64,000 bases of DNA from Gammaproteobacteria bacterium 28-57-27 (GTDB taxonomy: Bacteria > Pseudomonadota > Gammaproteobacteria > Halothiobacillales > Halothiobacillaceae), in NCBI GenBank assembly GCA_002281735.1, contig NCGK01000019.1, forward strand, positions 10,777 through 74,776, given 5' to 3'. Under the pieces are notes generated by a model. That model searched no databases, was not told the DNA's origin, and worked only from the letters and a program-made list of their open reading frames with translations. Positions 47,462 through 59,009 of the stretch are shown here, one piece after another; positions within the stretch are counted from its first letter, which is position 1; each line of letters begins with the position of its first letter. The position numbers and the translations under genes are program-made.

Positions 47462-49564
47462 CTACTCCTTGTGCTCCATGCGCGCCAGCAAAATTGCGTG
47501 TGCGCTGCACAAGGCCTCGCCCTCCGATGGGCGCACGCGCACATACTCCCCGCTGGTTTGTAGCTCCCAGCTGCCCACATTGTCGGCAAACGCCAGATCA
47601 AATACTTCTTCGTTGATGCGGGTACGCAAGGCCTTTTCTTCAATCGGCACGCAGGTTTCGACCCGCGAATACAAATTGCGCGGCATCCAGTCGGCACTGG
47701 AAATATACAGCTCAGTCTGGCCGTCGTTAAGGAAACTGAACACGCGCGCATGTTCCAAAAAGCGCCCCATCAGCGAGCGAACTTTGATGTTTTCCGAAAG
47801 CCCCGGCACACCGGGACGCAGACTGCAAATCCCACGAATCACCAGTTCGACTTTCACCCCGGCCTGCGAAGCCGCATACAGCGCGTGAATGATGCTCGAA
47901 TCAATCAGCGAGTTCATCTTGGCACGAATCAAGGCGGGCTTACCGGCACGCGCATGTTCCGCCTCGCGCTGTATGCGCTCGATCATGCCCTCGCGCAGGG
48001 TAAACGGGGATTGCAAGAGCTTCTTCAAACGGATGCCGCGAGACAAACCGGTAAGCTGCACAAACAACTTGTGCACGTCCTCACAAATCATCCGATCATC
48101 GGTGAACACACCATAATCGGTGTACACGCGTGCCGTACCCGCATGATAGTTACCGGTGCCAAGATGCACGAAGCGCTTCATCTCGTGCCCCTCGCGACGC
48201 ACCACCATCAACATTTTGGCGTGCGTCTTGAAGCCGACGATACCGTAGGCCACGTAAGCCCCGGCCTTTTGCAGGCGTGTAGCCAATTCGATATTGGCCG
48301 CTTCGTCGAAACGCGCGCGCAATTCGATCACGGCGGTCACTTCCTTGCCATTGCGCGCCGCCATTTCCAGCGCATCGACAATTGCCGAGTTTTTGCCCGT
48401 GCGATACAGGGTTTGTTTAATTGCCACGACCTTCGGGTCATTGGCTGCCTGACGAATAAAGTCCACCACAGGAGTAAAGGATTGGTAAGGATGGTGGATC
48501 AAAATGCGGCGATGCTTAGTGATCGCCGCAAAAATATCTTCCACCCCATGCAGTTCACGCGGGATCCCCGGTGTAAAGGGCGCGAACTTGAACTCAGCGC
48601 AGTCCACCAAATCAAACACGGCCGTGAGGCGGCTCAAATTCACCGGCCCATGCACCTTAAACATTTCGCGCCGGGTAAGATCAAACTTCTCCAACAAATA
48701 ATCCGCCACATCATCGGGGCAGTTATCGGCCACCTCAAGACGCACCGCACCACCATAATTTCGCTCGAACAAACCACCCTGCAGCACTTGCAGCAAGTCT
48801 TCATCCAAATCGACGTCCACCAATAAATCGCTATTGCGCGTGACTCGAAATTGGAAGCAACCCGTGACTTTCATGCCGGGGAATAACTCATCCACATGGG
48901 CATGAATCATCGAGCTCAAAAAGACGAAATCATGCGCACCACCACCGACGGTCTGCGGCATCGGCACAATACGCGGCAGGCTGCGCGGCGCTTGCACCAC
49001 GGCCATATTGGTTTCACGTCCAAAATCGTCCAAGCCTTCCAACGTGATTACAAAGTTAAGGCTCTTGTTTAAAACTCGCGGGAAAGGATGCGCCGGATCA
49101 AGACCCAACGGAGTTAACACGGGCGCCAATTCCTGCAAAAAGTAATCACGCACCCAATCCGCCTGACGTTTGCTCCAATGCGTGCGCCGCGCAAAATGAA
49201 TACCCGCATCACGCATCGCCGGAATCAAAACCTCGTTTAGCACGCGGTACTGATCGGCCACCAGCAAATGCGCCTCAGCCAGCACACGTTCAAGCTGCTC
49301 CGGCGGAGTCATACCACATTCTCCCACCCCGCCCACGCCTAAATGAACTTGCTGAACCAAGCTGGCAACCCGCACCTCGAACGCTTCATCCAGATTGCTG
49401 GATGAAATGCACAAATAACGCAAACGTTCGAGCAGCGGAATACTTTCATCAACCGCCAACTCCAAAACACGGCGATTAAAATTAAGCAGGCTGAGCTCGC
49501 GGTTAATCATGCTGGGTTCAACGGGAGTATCCATTACGGGGGAAGTCAATTTAGGGTTCGTCAT
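47462..49564 (-). CDS. ppk1: Polyphosphate kinase 1
   Basis: NRELSLL; HHPYQSF; IKQTLYRT; ARFDE; GTGNY. Confidence 0.97.
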   Translation of the reverse strand: MTNPKLTSPVMDTPVEPSMINRELSLLNFNRRVLELAVDESIPLLERLRYLCISSSNLDEAFEVRVASLVQQVHLGVGGVGECGMTPPEQLERVLAEAHLLVADQYRVLNEVLIPAMRDAGIHFARRTHWSKRQADWVRDYFLQELAPVLTPLGLDPAHPFPRVLNKSLNFVITLEGLDDFGRETNMAVVQAPRSLPRIVPMPQTVGGGAHDFVFLSSMIHAHVDELFPGMKVTGCFQFRVTRNSDLLVDVDLDEDLLQVLQGGLFERNYGGAVRLEVADNCPDDVADYLLEKFDLTRREMFKVHGPVNLSRLTAVFDLVDCAEFKFAPFTPGIPRELHGVEDIFAAITKHRRILIHHPYQSFTPVVDFIRQAANDPKVVAIKQTLYRTGKNSAIVDALEMAARNGKEVTAVIELRARFDEAANIELATRLQKAGAYVAYGIVGFKTHAKMLMVVRREGHEMKRFVHLGTGNYHAGTARVYTDYGVFTDDRMICEDVHKLFVQLTGLSRGIRLKKLLQSPFTLREGMIERIQREAEHARAGKPALIRAKMNSLIDSSIIHALYAASQAGVKVELVIRGICSLRPGVPGLSENIKVRSLMGRFLEHARVFSFLNDGQTELYISSADWMPRNLYSRVETCVPIEEKALRTRINEEVFDLAFADNVGSWELQTSGEYVRVRPSEGEALCSAHAILLARMEHKE

Positions 49565-49739
49565 GTTTCTGTCAATTATTTGTGCGTAGAATGCAGTTTG
49601 CTGTGATTATCAGAAAACCCCAAGGACTATTCCCAAGGATTCACGGAAAACGTGGGCACGGGCACTGAAAATCAGCTAGCTGTGACACTAGCCATATTCG
49701 CAACGCATTTCAACCGAACGTCCTTACTTTGGAGTACTT

Positions 49740-50447
49740 ATGAACGCGATCAACCCACACATCAGCAGCCAATTTGATGCCGACCTTGAGGAGATTCGCA
49801 GTCTCGTCATGAGTATGGGCGGCCTTGTTGAGCAGCAATTTGACAGCGCCTTGCGCGCCTTGCTGGAAAACAACGTGGAGCTTGGCCAAGCCGCGGCATC
49901 GGGCGACTACCAAGTTAACAACCATGAAGTTGAAATTGACCAGCGCGTGATTGACACCATTGCTATCCGCCAACCCACCGCCAATGACCTGCGTTTCCTG
50001 TTCACCACGGTTAAAGTGGTCGGCGATCTCGAACGTATTGGTGACAAGGCAGAAAAAATTGGCCGTCTTGCACTCGCCATCCAACCGCTGATGAATGGCT
50101 ACAGCTTTGCTGCCGACTTGCACAGCATGAGCGTGATGGTGCAAAAAATGCTGCACGATGCACTGGATGCTTTTGCCCGCATGGATGCTGATGCGGCTAT
50201 GACCATCAAAAACACCGACAAGGAAGTCAATGCGACTTACCGCCTTGTACTGGCTGACTTGATGAAGCACATGTCCGACAATCCCAACACGCTCGACCTG
50301 AGCATGGACATCCTCTGGTGCTTGCGCTCCATCGAGCGGGTCGGTGACCATGTGACCAACATTTGTGAATACATCGTCTTCTTGGTCAAAGGCAAAGATG
50401 TGCGCCATACCACGCGTGACGATATGATGACAGAAATCACCGAGTAA
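49740..50447 (+). CDS. phoU: Phosphate signalling protein PhoU
   Basis: QPTANDLR; DLERIGD; SIERVGDH. Confidence 0.96.
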   Translation: MNAINPHISSQFDADLEEIRSLVMSMGGLVEQQFDSALRALLENNVELGQAAASGDYQVNNHEVEIDQRVIDTIAIRQPTANDLRFLFTTVKVVGDLERIGDKAEKIGRLALAIQPLMNGYSFAADLHSMSVMVQKMLHDALDAFARMDADAAMTIKNTDKEVNATYRLVLADLMKHMSDNPNTLDLSMDILWCLRSIERVGDHVTNICEYIVFLVKGKDVRHTTRDDMMTEITE

Positions 50448-50468
50448 GCTTCGCCGCTCTAAGCGAGT

Positions 50469-50508
50469 AAAAAAGCCCCGGAATCATGGTGACTCCGGGG
50501 CTTTTTTT
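50469..50508. terminator. Bidirectional terminator between phoU and pstB
   Basis: AAAAAAGCCCCGGA...TCCGGGGCTTTTTTT. Confidence 0.85.
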
Positions 50509-50620
50509 CGACTAATGAAAACGGTTGCTCAGCCCATAAAAAAGAAGCTACGGCGAGCTTCTTTTTACTTTCACCTCTCCCAGATGAGCTCATATAAGCT
50601 CTGGAGGCAAACTCCCAGAA

Positions 50621-51520
50621 TTAACCGAAACGACCCGTAATATAGTCTTCGGTTTCCTTCTTGTCCGGCTTGGTGAAAATCACGTTGGTGTGATCGTACT
50701 CAACCATCTTGCCCAGATACATAAACGCGGTGTAGTCCGACACACGCGCCGCCTGCTGCATGTTGTGCGTCACAATCACCACGGTGAATTCTGATTTGAG
50801 TTCGTGAATCAGCTCTTCAATCTTCAGTGTGGAAATCGGGTCGAGCGCCGAGGTGGGTTCGTCAAACAAAATCACTTCCGGCTTGACCGCGATACTGCGC
50901 GCAATGCACAGACGCTGCTGCTGACCACCGGACAATGCTGTACCGGCCTGCCCCAGCTTGTCTTTCACTTCGTCCCAAATCGCTCCCTTACGCAAAGCCC
51001 ATTCCACACGGTCGTTCATATCCGACTTGGAAAGGTTTTCGTACAGTTTCACACCAAAGGAGATGTTGTCGTAGATCGACATCGGGAACGGTGTCGGCTT
51101 TTGGAACACCATGCCGATTTTGGCGCGCAACTGGTTCACATCCATGGCATGGTCTAGCAGGTTCTGGCCATCCATCATGATCTCGCCTTCAGCACGCTGT
51201 CCAGGGTAAAGATCGTAGATACGGTTCAGGGTACGCAGCAAAGTGGACTTGCCACAGCCTGACGGACCGATCATGGCCGTGACCTGACGCTCAGGAAAGC
51301 TGACGTTGATATCTTGCAAACCCTTGAACTTGCCGTAATAGAAGTTCACATCACGCAAAATCAGCTTGCCGTTGCTGACATGACGTACACCATCAACCTT
51401 GTCGGTCAAAGCGTGATCGGTGCTTCCAGTCTTCTTGGTCACGGCCGCAGCCATATTGAAACTGACATTTCCGCCCTGCGGCGCAGCCATCGTACTCATC
51501 GTGGAATTCTCCGTGCTCAT
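50621..51520 (-). CDS. pstB: Phosphate ABC ATPase
   Basis: GPSGCGKS; FQKPTPF; LSGGQQQR. Confidence 0.97.
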   Translation of the reverse strand: MSTENSTMSTMAAPQGGNVSFNMAAAVTKKTGSTDHALTDKVDGVRHVSNGKLILRDVNFYYGKFKGLQDINVSFPERQVTAMIGPSGCGKSTLLRTLNRIYDLYPGQRAEGEIMMDGQNLLDHAMDVNQLRAKIGMVFQKPTPFPMSIYDNISFGVKLYENLSKSDMNDRVEWALRKGAIWDEVKDKLGQAGTALSGGQQQRLCIARSIAVKPEVILFDEPTSALDPISTLKIEELIHELKSEFTVVIVTHNMQQAARVSDYTAFMYLGKMVEYDHTNVIFTKPDKKETEDYITGRFG

Positions 51521-51534
51521 AGTGTTAACTCTAC

Positions 51535-52371
51535 TTATGCCTTGTGTCCGCGCAGAAGGCTGCGCGCCAGGATATTCATACCAAGAACCAGGGTCGTGAT
51601 CAGCAGGGCGGCTGCCCAGGCCAACTCACGCCAGTCATCGTAAGGACTCATGGCAAACTGGAAAATCACCACAGGGAGGTTGGCCATCGCCCCATTCATG
51701 TCCGTAGACCAGAACTGGTTGTTCAGCGCGGTGAACAGCAGCGGTGCTGTTTCACCCGTAATACGAGCGATCGCAAGCACCACGCCAGTCACCATACCTG
51801 CAATCGCGGCCTTGTAAACCACGCTCATAATCACCATCCATCGAGGGGCTCCTAGTGCGGCGGCCGCCTCGCGCATCTGGGTAGGCACCAGCGACAACAT
51901 GTTTTCTGTAGTGCGCAGCACAACGGGAATCACAATGATCGCCAGAGCAACCGCGCCCGCCCAACCGGAGAAGTGTCCCATCGGAGCCACCATCAGGGTG
52001 TAGACGAACACCCCGATGATGATTGAAGGCGCAGACAGAAGAATGTCGTTGATGGTGCGCACGACTTCGGCAAACACACTCTGTTTGCCGTATTCGGCAA
52101 GATAGGTACCCGCCATGATGCCGATCGGGGTACCGATCGCCACGGCAGCCAAGGTAATCATCAGGCTACCGATCAGCGCGTTGGCAAGGCCGCCTGCGCT
52201 GCCCGGCGGTGGGGTCATTTCGGTGAAAATCGTCCAGTTGATTGCGCCTATACCTTTCGTGATGAGGACAATCAGAATCCAGCCGAGGAACATCAAACCC
52301 ACCAGCGTGGTCAGCACAGAGGCTGTCATGTTGAAGGTGTTGATGAGCTTGCGACGTGCGTAAAGGTTCAT
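51535..52371 (-). CDS. pstA: Phosphate ABC permease
   Basis: SAPSIIIG; GETAPLLFT. Confidence 0.96.
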   Translation of the reverse strand: MNLYARRKLINTFNMTASVLTTLVGLMFLGWILIVLITKGIGAINWTIFTEMTPPPGSAGGLANALIGSLMITLAAVAIGTPIGIMAGTYLAEYGKQSVFAEVVRTINDILLSAPSIIIGVFVYTLMVAPMGHFSGWAGAVALAIIVIPVVLRTTENMLSLVPTQMREAAAALGAPRWMVIMSVVYKAAIAGMVTGVVLAIARITGETAPLLFTALNNQFWSTDMNGAMANLPVVIFQFAMSPYDDWRELAWAAALLITTLVLGMNILARSLLRGHKA

Positions 52372-52381
52372 GCTAGTTGCC

Positions 52382-53392
52382 TCAGGTCTTGCTACCTTCC
52401 TGAGTTGCGGCCAAGCGCATCAGCATGAGCTTGGACAACATCAGGACGATAAAGGTGATAACGAACAGGATCAGACCCATGGCAATCAGGCTGTCCATTT
52501 GCAGGCCATCGGCCTCGTTGAACTCGTTGGCCAGCTTGGCTGCAATGGTGGTGCCAGGATCAAGTAGGCTGGAACCGAGTTGGCTGGCGTTACCAATAAT
52601 GAAGGTGACCGCCATGGTCTCACCGATCGCGCGCCCCAACCCAAGCATAATGCCACCGACCACGCCGGTTTTGGTGAAGGGCAGGACAACATTCCACACG
52701 ACTTCCCAAGTGGTCGCACCCATAGCGTAGGCTGACTCTTTCAGGCTGCCCGGAACGATTTCAAACACATCGCGAATGACCGAGGCCATAAACGGCACGA
52801 TCATGATCGCCAGCACGATGCCGGCGGTCAGCACGCTGACGCCGCTCGATCCACCCATCACCGGCATCTGGAACAGCGTGCCAAAAATCGGCAGTGGCCC
52901 GAGTGCCGCCACCAGGCCTGGCTGGATATAGGCCGCAAAAAATGGAGCGAAAAAGAACAGGCCCCACATGCCGTAAATGATGGAGGGTACGGCAGCCAGC
53001 AATTCGACCGCCGTACCCACCGGACGCTTCAACCATTGCGGCGCCATTTCGGTAATGAAAACGGCGATTCCGAAGGACAGAGGCAAGCCAATCAACATTG
53101 CAATCAACGCAGCGACCAGCGTACCTGTCAATGATGGCCAAGCACCATACAGCTCGCGCACCGGATCCCATTCATCGCTGGTGATAAAGCCCGGACCGAA
53201 GGCCTCGAAGGCGGGCAGCGAGCCCTTGACCAGCATAACGATGATTCCGGCCAGCAACATCAGCACGACCAGGGCAAAAAACAGCGCTGTAAACTTGAAA
53301 ACAACATCACCCAAGGCAAAGGAGAGCTTGGATCGGTTGATCGGCGCAACGGATTTGACTTCGTTCAGCGCGCCTGCTTGTGTCGATGACAT
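52382..53392 (-). CDS. pstC: Phosphate ABC permease
   Basis: [10 protein letters not shown]; [10 protein letters not shown]. Confidence 0.96.
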   Translation of the reverse strand: MSSTQAGALNEVKSVAPINRSKLSFALGDVVFKFTALFFALVVLMLLAGIIVMLVKGSLPAFEAFGPGFITSDEWDPVRELYGAWPSLTGTLVAALIAMLIGLPLSFGIAVFITEMAPQWLKRPVGTAVELLAAVPSIIYGMWGLFFFAPFFAAYIQPGLVAALGPLPIFGTLFQMPVMGGSSGVSVLTAGIVLAIMIVPFMASVIRDVFEIVPGSLKESAYAMGATTWEVVWNVVLPFTKTGVVGGIMLGLGRAIGETMAVTFIIGNASQLGSSLLDPGTTIAAKLANEFNEADGLQMDSLIAMGLILFVITFIVLMLSKLMLMRLAATQEGSKT

Positions 53393-53512
53393 GATTGGCT
53401 AGCCTCGAAAATGGAGAGGACTTGGCATACCAAGTCCAAAGCGCATCCGTCCATGGATGCTAGATGATTTCCCTTAGCTCAAACGTAACACTTACCCATT
53501 GGCGTGAGCCAA

Positions 53513-54556
53513 TTACTTGGTGATAGCGGCAACGCCTTCACACTTGATGTTTTCATTCCAGTAGGCTTGGATCTGGCCAACCAGCTCTTTCGGCAACGGA
53601 ACGTACTCAAGTTCTTCGGCCATCTTGGCACCGTTTTTCCAGGACCAGTTGAAGAACTTCAGGGCAGCTTCGGTCTGAGCGCAGTTTTCTGGCTCCTTGT
53701 ACACGATGATGTTGGTCTGGGCAGCGATCGGCCAAGAGTCCGCACCTGGGGCATCGGTCAGGAACAGGTAGAAGTCCTTGGCGTTTTTCCAGTCAGCGTG
53801 AGCAGCTGCAGCAGCGGTGCTGGCCGCACTTACAGTGGCGAACTCACCTGCAGCGTTCTTCAGCTGTACGGTTGACAGCTTGTTCTGCTTGGCATAGGCA
53901 AACTCGACGTAACCGATGGTGCCGTCGATTTGCTTGACATAAGAAGCAACGCCTTCGTTACCCTTGCCACCCAGACCGACCGGCCACTTCACAGCCTTGC
54001 CTTCGCCAACGGTTTCCTTCCACTCAGGGCTGATCTTGGCCAGGTAGTTGGTGAACATGGCGGTGGTGCCTGAACCATCAGAACGACGAACCACAGTAAT
54101 CAGCTTCTCAGGCAGAGCCACGCCCGGGTTCAGGGCAACGATTTTCGGATCGTTCCACTTGGTGATTTTGCCCAGGTAGATGTCAGCCAAGGTTGCTTGA
54201 TCCAGCTTCATTTGGTTGGCAGTGATGCCAGCAATGTTTACAACCGGAACCACTGCACCCATGACCGCCGGGAACTGAGCCATACCCAGTTCTTCCAGCT
54301 TCTCAGGCTTCAACGCATCGTCGGACGCGCCAAAGTCAACAGTCTTGGCAGTGATTTGCTTCACGCCACCACCTGAACCGATGGATTGATAGTTCAGCTT
54401 AACGCCGGTGGCCTTGTTGTAAGCCTCGGCCCACTTGGAGTAGATCGGATACGGGAAGGTCGCACCAGCGCCGGAGATGGTAGTGACATCAGCAGCGTGA
54501 GCAACACCAGCAACCATAACGGCAGCGGCCAGAAGGGACATACGGAAAGTAGTCAT
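53513..54556 (-). CDS. pstS: Phosphate-binding protein
   Basis: GAGATFP; YQSIGSGGG; RSDGSGTT. Confidence 0.97.
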   Translation of the reverse strand: MTTFRMSLLAAAVMVAGVAHAADVTTISGAGATFPYPIYSKWAEAYNKATGVKLNYQSIGSGGGVKQITAKTVDFGASDDALKPEKLEELGMAQFPAVMGAVVPVVNIAGITANQMKLDQATLADIYLGKITKWNDPKIVALNPGVALPEKLITVVRRSDGSGTTAMFTNYLAKISPEWKETVGEGKAVKWPVGLGGKGNEGVASYVKQIDGTIGYVEFAYAKQNKLSTVQLKNAAGEFATVSAASTAAAAAHADWKNAKDFYLFLTDAPGADSWPIAAQTNIIVYKEPENCAQTEAALKFFNWSWKNGAKMAEELEYVPLPKELVGQIQAYWNENIKCEGVAAITK

Positions 54557-54667
54557 CGAGTTCATCCTCTAGTTAAAAATCGGGGTAAGCGAAGCCTTAA
54601 TTAGACCAAGCATCAACGTTGCTTATTAGCAGGCTTTGCAAGCATTAACGTTTTAAGTGTCTTCTTT

Positions 54668-54696
54668 ATTACTTTTATATGAAGGATTGATGACAG
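54668..54696 (-). promoter_or_regulatory. PHO boxes upstream of pstS
   Basis: Minus strand CTGTCAT-CAAT-CCTTCAT-ATAA-AAGTAAT, 11-bp period. Confidence 0.7.
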
Positions 54697-54726
54697 TAAT
54701 TGCATTACGCTGACGCCGCATGGGGA

Positions 54727-56019
54727 TCAAGATGGAAAAACACACCGAAAAACACTGCCTTGACCCAAAACACTTTCAATCACCAAACGTCCGTGATGTC
54801 GCAGCATGACATGCTTCACAATGGCCAAACCCAGGCCGGTTCCGCCCATCGTGCGCGAACGCCCGACATCGACCCGGTAAAAGCGTTCAGTCAAACGCGG
54901 GATGTGCTGTGGCGCGATACCGATTCCCGTATCTTGCACTTCAAACACCAAACCGCGTGCATCTTTAAACCAGCGAATGGTCACTGTACCGCCTGATTGG
55001 GTGTATTTCACTGCATTAAACACCAGATTGGAAAACAGGCTATCCAGCTCCCGCGTCACGCCGCGCATACGCAATTCAGGTGTAATTTCACGCACAATAT
55101 GATGTGCACCTTCGCCACTGAGGTGTTCGGCATATTCGGCAATCGCATTCAACAGCATGGGTACATGCACGAGTTCTATTTGTTCTTCGTTCGGCGAGGT
55201 GGTCTCCAAGCGCGAAAGCAAAAGGAGATCTTCAACAATGCGCCGCATCCGATCGGACTGAAGGTGCATGTGATTCAGAATCCGCACCAAATCTTGTGGC
55301 AGAGCCTCTACCTCATCTTCATCGCCATCCAGCAAGGTTTCGATGTAGCCAGAAAGCACAGTCAAGGGCGTGCGCAACTCATGCGACACATTGGCCACAA
55401 AGTCCTGGCGCATGGCCTGAAGACGCTGCAAGCGCGTCACATCACGCGCGATCAGCAATAAACGTCCCTGCACATAAGGCACCATGTGCACGCTCAACAC
55501 CTGCCCTGCGACATAATCACTGGGGACATCGACATCTCGCGCCCAATCGGCTGCACGCAGGAAGCCGATAAAATCAGGCTGACGCAGCAAATGTTCCACG
55601 GGTAAGCCGAGGTCACGCTGGCGCAGACCGAGCAACTGCCGCGCCGCCGGGTTGAAACCGAGAATCCGATGATGTTGATCCAGCGCCACAACCGCATCCG
55701 GTAGCGCATCCGCCGCCCGGCGATACTCACGAATCAGACGCAACCAGCGTCGATCTCGCCGGCGTTGCGCGAGGTGCGCACGGCGCAAGCGCTGCCCCAG
55801 GTGCCCCAACCAGCCCGCTGCATAGCGCCCAGCAATGGGGCTGCGCGGATGTTCAAGCCAAAGTGCAAGGCGCATGACCACCCAAAACAGGCGCAGCACG
55901 ACCAGGGCAAGACCAACGCTCAAACCTATCCAGAGATTACCCAGCCATGCACCTAGCGCCATTCCAAGCAGGATCAGCGCGAGAATCAGCAGAGCCTCCG
56001 CCCACAGACCGCGTGACAA
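54727..56019 (-). CDS. phoR: Phosphate sensor kinase
   Basis: FVANVSHELRTPLT; NAVKYT; GTGLGLAIVKH. Confidence 0.96.
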   Translation of the reverse strand: MSRGLWAEALLILALILLGMALGAWLGNLWIGLSVGLALVVLRLFWVVMRLALWLEHPRSPIAGRYAAGWLGHLGQRLRRAHLAQRRRDRRWLRLIREYRRAADALPDAVVALDQHHRILGFNPAARQLLGLRQRDLGLPVEHLLRQPDFIGFLRAADWARDVDVPSDYVAGQVLSVHMVPYVQGRLLLIARDVTRLQRLQAMRQDFVANVSHELRTPLTVLSGYIETLLDGDEDEVEALPQDLVRILNHMHLQSDRMRRIVEDLLLLSRLETTSPNEEQIELVHVPMLLNAIAEYAEHLSGEGAHHIVREITPELRMRGVTRELDSLFSNLVFNAVKYTQSGGTVTIRWFKDARGLVFEVQDTGIGIAPQHIPRLTERFYRVDVGRSRTMGGTGLGLAIVKHVMLRHHGRLVIESVLGQGSVFRCVFPS

Positions 56020-56020
56020 A

Positions 56021-56713
56021 TTAAACTCGACTCGATAATCGGTAACCCGCGCCGCGCACCGTCTGAATCATGGATTCATAACCCGACGGGGAAAGCGCCT
56101 TGCGCAGGCGCAGGATGTGCACATCCACGGTACGCTCTTCGACAAAACTATTGCGCCCCCACACACGGTCAAGCAGTTGTTCGCGGCTATACACACGCTC
56201 TGGATGGGTCATAAAAAATTCCAGCAAGCGGAACTCGGTCGGCCCCATTTCCACGGGCGATTGATTGGCAGAAACTCGATGACTTTCGGTATCCAGCTCC
56301 AGCCCCTCAATACGCACGATGCCCGACTCGTCTTCACTGGAACTCCGGCGCAACACCGCACGAATGCGCGCTTGCAGCTCACGCGGAGAGAATGGTTTGG
56401 TGATGTAATCATCTGCGCCCGCTTCCAGGCCGGTCACTTTATCTTCCTCTTCGCCACGCGCTGTAAGCATGATAATCGGCACATCGCGCGTCAGTTCATC
56501 GCGCTTGAGGCGGCGAGCCAGTTCCAAACCACTCGCACCGGGCAGCATCCAATCCAGTAGAATCAAATCAGGAAGTTGATGCGCAAGGCATTCAAACGCC
56601 TCTGAAATATCACCGGCTTCGGTCACTGTAAATCCAGCACGTCCCAAAGAAAATCCCACCATCTCACGAATGGGTTTTTCATCTTCCACAATTAAAATAT
56701 TCTTGCCACTCAT
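56021..56713 (-). CDS. phoB: Phosphate response regulator
   Basis: LLDWMLPG; [13 protein letters not shown]; TVRGAGY. Confidence 0.97.
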   Translation of the reverse strand: MSGKNILIVEDEKPIREMVGFSLGRAGFTVTEAGDISEAFECLAHQLPDLILLDWMLPGASGLELARRLKRDELTRDVPIIMLTARGEEEDKVTGLEAGADDYITKPFSPRELQARIRAVLRRSSSEDESGIVRIEGLELDTESHRVSANQSPVEMGPTEFRLLEFFMTHPERVYSREQLLDRVWGRNSFVEERTVDVHILRLRKALSPSGYESMIQTVRGAGYRLSSRV

Positions 56714-56788
56714 CTGCCTTCCCCGGAAAAATGCGCCTGCTGGATTTTACTTACCGCGCCCAACGTATTTGCGCCTGCGCCCACATTT

Positions 56789-56817
56789 ACGACAATGAGG
56801 TGACATCTAGATGACGG
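56789..56817 (-). promoter_or_regulatory. PHO boxes upstream of phoB
   Basis: Minus strand CCGTCAT-CTAG-ATGTCAC-CTCA-TTGTCGT, 11-bp period. Confidence 0.75.
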
Positions 56818-56890
56818 CAAGCCAAATTAACGCAAATTTGTGTCATAAACGATACTGAGCGCCCCTTTTTCCAACACCGAGTACCCCTCC

Positions 56891-57730
56891 ATGCACCTCC
56901 CTGCCCATGATTTTATTGCTCGCAACGTCGCACAAGCACTGTCCGAAGATGTAGGCAGTGGTGATGTCTCCGCCATGCTGATTGATGTGGACACCCAAGC
57001 CCGTGCAAACGTCATCACGCGCGAGAGCATGACGCTGGCGGGTCGCGCTTGGTTTAACGAAGTGTTTGCCCAACTTGACCCACAGATTCAGATTGAATGG
57101 GCGGCTAGCGATGGCGACCACCTTACCTCAGGTGCTTTGCTTTGCACCTTGCGCGGCTCGGCGCGCAGCATTTTGACTGGTGAGCGTAGTGCATTGAATT
57201 TTATGCAAACCCTGTCCGCTACCGCCACCAAGGTGAACCACTTTGTACGTCTGATTAGTGGAGCTCACGCACGCATTCTGGACACGCGCAAAACCATCCC
57301 TGGCCTGCGCCTGGCGCAAAAATATGCCGTCACCTGCGGCGGTGGCTGGAATCATCGCATGGGGCTGTACGATGCGATTTTGATTAAAGAAAACCACATT
57401 GCAGCAGCTGGGGGGATTACGCCCGCAGTTGTCCATGCGCGCCATCTCTATCCGGATTTACCGCTGGAAGTTGAAGTGGAAAACCTAAGCCAGCTCGAAG
57501 AAGCCCTGATGGCAGGCGCACCACGCATTTTGTTGGATAACTTCGATTTGAACGCGCTGCACCAAGCAGTTCGGCTCACGCGTGGACAAGCACAACTCGA
57601 AGCCTCCGGCGGCGTGAATGAAAATACGGTGCGCGCCATTGCCGAAACCGGGGTGGACTTTATTTCGATCGGTGCGCTCACCAAAGATATTCAGGCTATT
57701 GATCTTTCAATGCGCTTTACCACGGCTTAA
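56891..57730 (+). CDS. nadC: Quinolinate phosphoribosyltransferase
   Basis: DTRKTIPG; HRMGLYD; EVEVE; ASGG. Confidence 0.97.
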   Translation: MHLPAHDFIARNVAQALSEDVGSGDVSAMLIDVDTQARANVITRESMTLAGRAWFNEVFAQLDPQIQIEWAASDGDHLTSGALLCTLRGSARSILTGERSALNFMQTLSATATKVNHFVRLISGAHARILDTRKTIPGLRLAQKYAVTCGGGWNHRMGLYDAILIKENHIAAAGGITPAVVHARHLYPDLPLEVEVENLSQLEEALMAGAPRILLDNFDLNALHQAVRLTRGQAQLEASGGVNENTVRAIAETGVDFISIGALTKDIQAIDLSMRFTTA

Positions 57731-57749
57731 AGCCCCCGTGTCAGCCACA

Positions 57750-57776
57750 AAAAAGGGAGCGCTTGGCTCCCTTTTT
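57750..57776. terminator. Bidirectional terminator between nadC and ftsZ
   Basis: AAAAAGGGAGC-GCTTG-GCTCCCTTTTT. Confidence 0.85.
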
Positions 57777-57796
57777 CATTTCTGCTTCCGCAAACC

Positions 57797-58936
57797 TTAA
57801 TCGGCTTGACGACGCAGGAACGCCGGAATATCCACCAAATCATAACTAAACGCAGCATTGCCCTGCATCATGGCCGCTGGAGCAACCACGGCCTCAGCCT
57901 GTTGACGCGCCTGGTTGCGTGAGTCGTTATCCACCACCACGCGCGGACGAGCCATCGGTGCTGCTTCGACCTTGTGCATGTTCAAGCCCGTCGCCACTAC
58001 GGTGACACGAATTTCACCGTTCATTTCCGGATCAATCGCCATGCCGATCTTCACATTGGCATCTTCTGAAGCCAGTTCGTGAATGATTTCGCCGATTTCA
58101 TCGTACTCGCCGATGGTCAGATCCATGCCGGCAGTCACATTCACCAGAATGCCACGCGCTCCACGCAACACCACCTCATCCAGCAGCGGACTATGAATCG
58201 CCGCTTCAGCCGCTTCACGCGCACGCCCTTCGCCAGAAGCGATACCTGTACCCATCATGGCCGAACCCATGCCTTCCATCACCGTGCGCACGTCGGCGAA
58301 ATCCACGTTGATGAAGCCCGGACGGGTAATCAGTTCAGAAATGCCCTGCACGGCCGAAAGCAGCACGCCGTTGGCGGCGTTGAAGGCTTCCATCATCTGC
58401 GCCGACTTGCCCATCACCGCCAGCAGCTTTTCGTTCGGAATCACAATCAGCGAATCGACCTGTTTTTCCAGCTCACGGATGCCATTTAAGGCCTGCTCCA
58501 TGCGTTTCTTGCCTTCAAAACCAAACGGACGAGTCACCACCGCCACGGTCAGAATGCCCATATCCTTGGCAATCTGCGCAATCACCGGTGCCGCACCCGT
58601 GCCCGTGCCGCCACCCATGCCAGTGGTAATGAACAACATGTCGGTGCCCGCCAGCACTTCCTGAATACGATCGCGATCTTCCAGCGCCGCTTGACGACCC
58701 AACTCAGGGTTTGCGCCTGCGCCCAAGCCCTTGGTGATATTGGCACCAATCTGCAATTGCACCGTAGCCTGCGATTTTTTCAGCGCCTGCACATCGGTGT
58801 TGGCGCAAATAAAATCCACACCTTCAATCGCGTGCTGCAACATATGCGCCACCGCATTGCCACCACCGCCACCCACGCCCACCACCTTGATGGTTGCGCT
58901 ATCTGAATATGAATCCACCAGTTCAAACATGCTCAT
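57797..58936 (-). CDS. ftsZ: Cell division protein FtsZ
   Basis: GVGGGGGN; GMGGGTGTG; NVDFAD. Confidence 0.99.
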   Translation of the reverse strand: MSMFELVDSYSDSATIKVVGVGGGGGNAVAHMLQHAIEGVDFICANTDVQALKKSQATVQLQIGANITKGLGAGANPELGRQAALEDRDRIQEVLAGTDMLFITTGMGGGTGTGAAPVIAQIAKDMGILTVAVVTRPFGFEGKKRMEQALNGIRELEKQVDSLIVIPNEKLLAVMGKSAQMMEAFNAANGVLLSAVQGISELITRPGFINVDFADVRTVMEGMGSAMMGTGIASGEGRAREAAEAAIHSPLLDEVVLRGARGILVNVTAGMDLTIGEYDEIGEIIHELASEDANVKIGMAIDPEMNGEIRVTVVATGLNMHKVEAAPMARPRVVVDNDSRNQARQQAEAVVAPAAMMQGNAAFSYDLVDIPAFLRRQAD

Positions 58937-59009
58937 CGTTCCCCCCCCCCGTTAATCACAAAGTTCACGAAAAAAATTCAGGCTCACGCCCCAAAAAATA
59001 AAATCGCCC

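Noticed and set aside
53415-53470. Hairpins between pstS and pstC as an ncRNA
   Set aside because: Stem-loops after pstS are a common mRNA-stability feature; no further evidence
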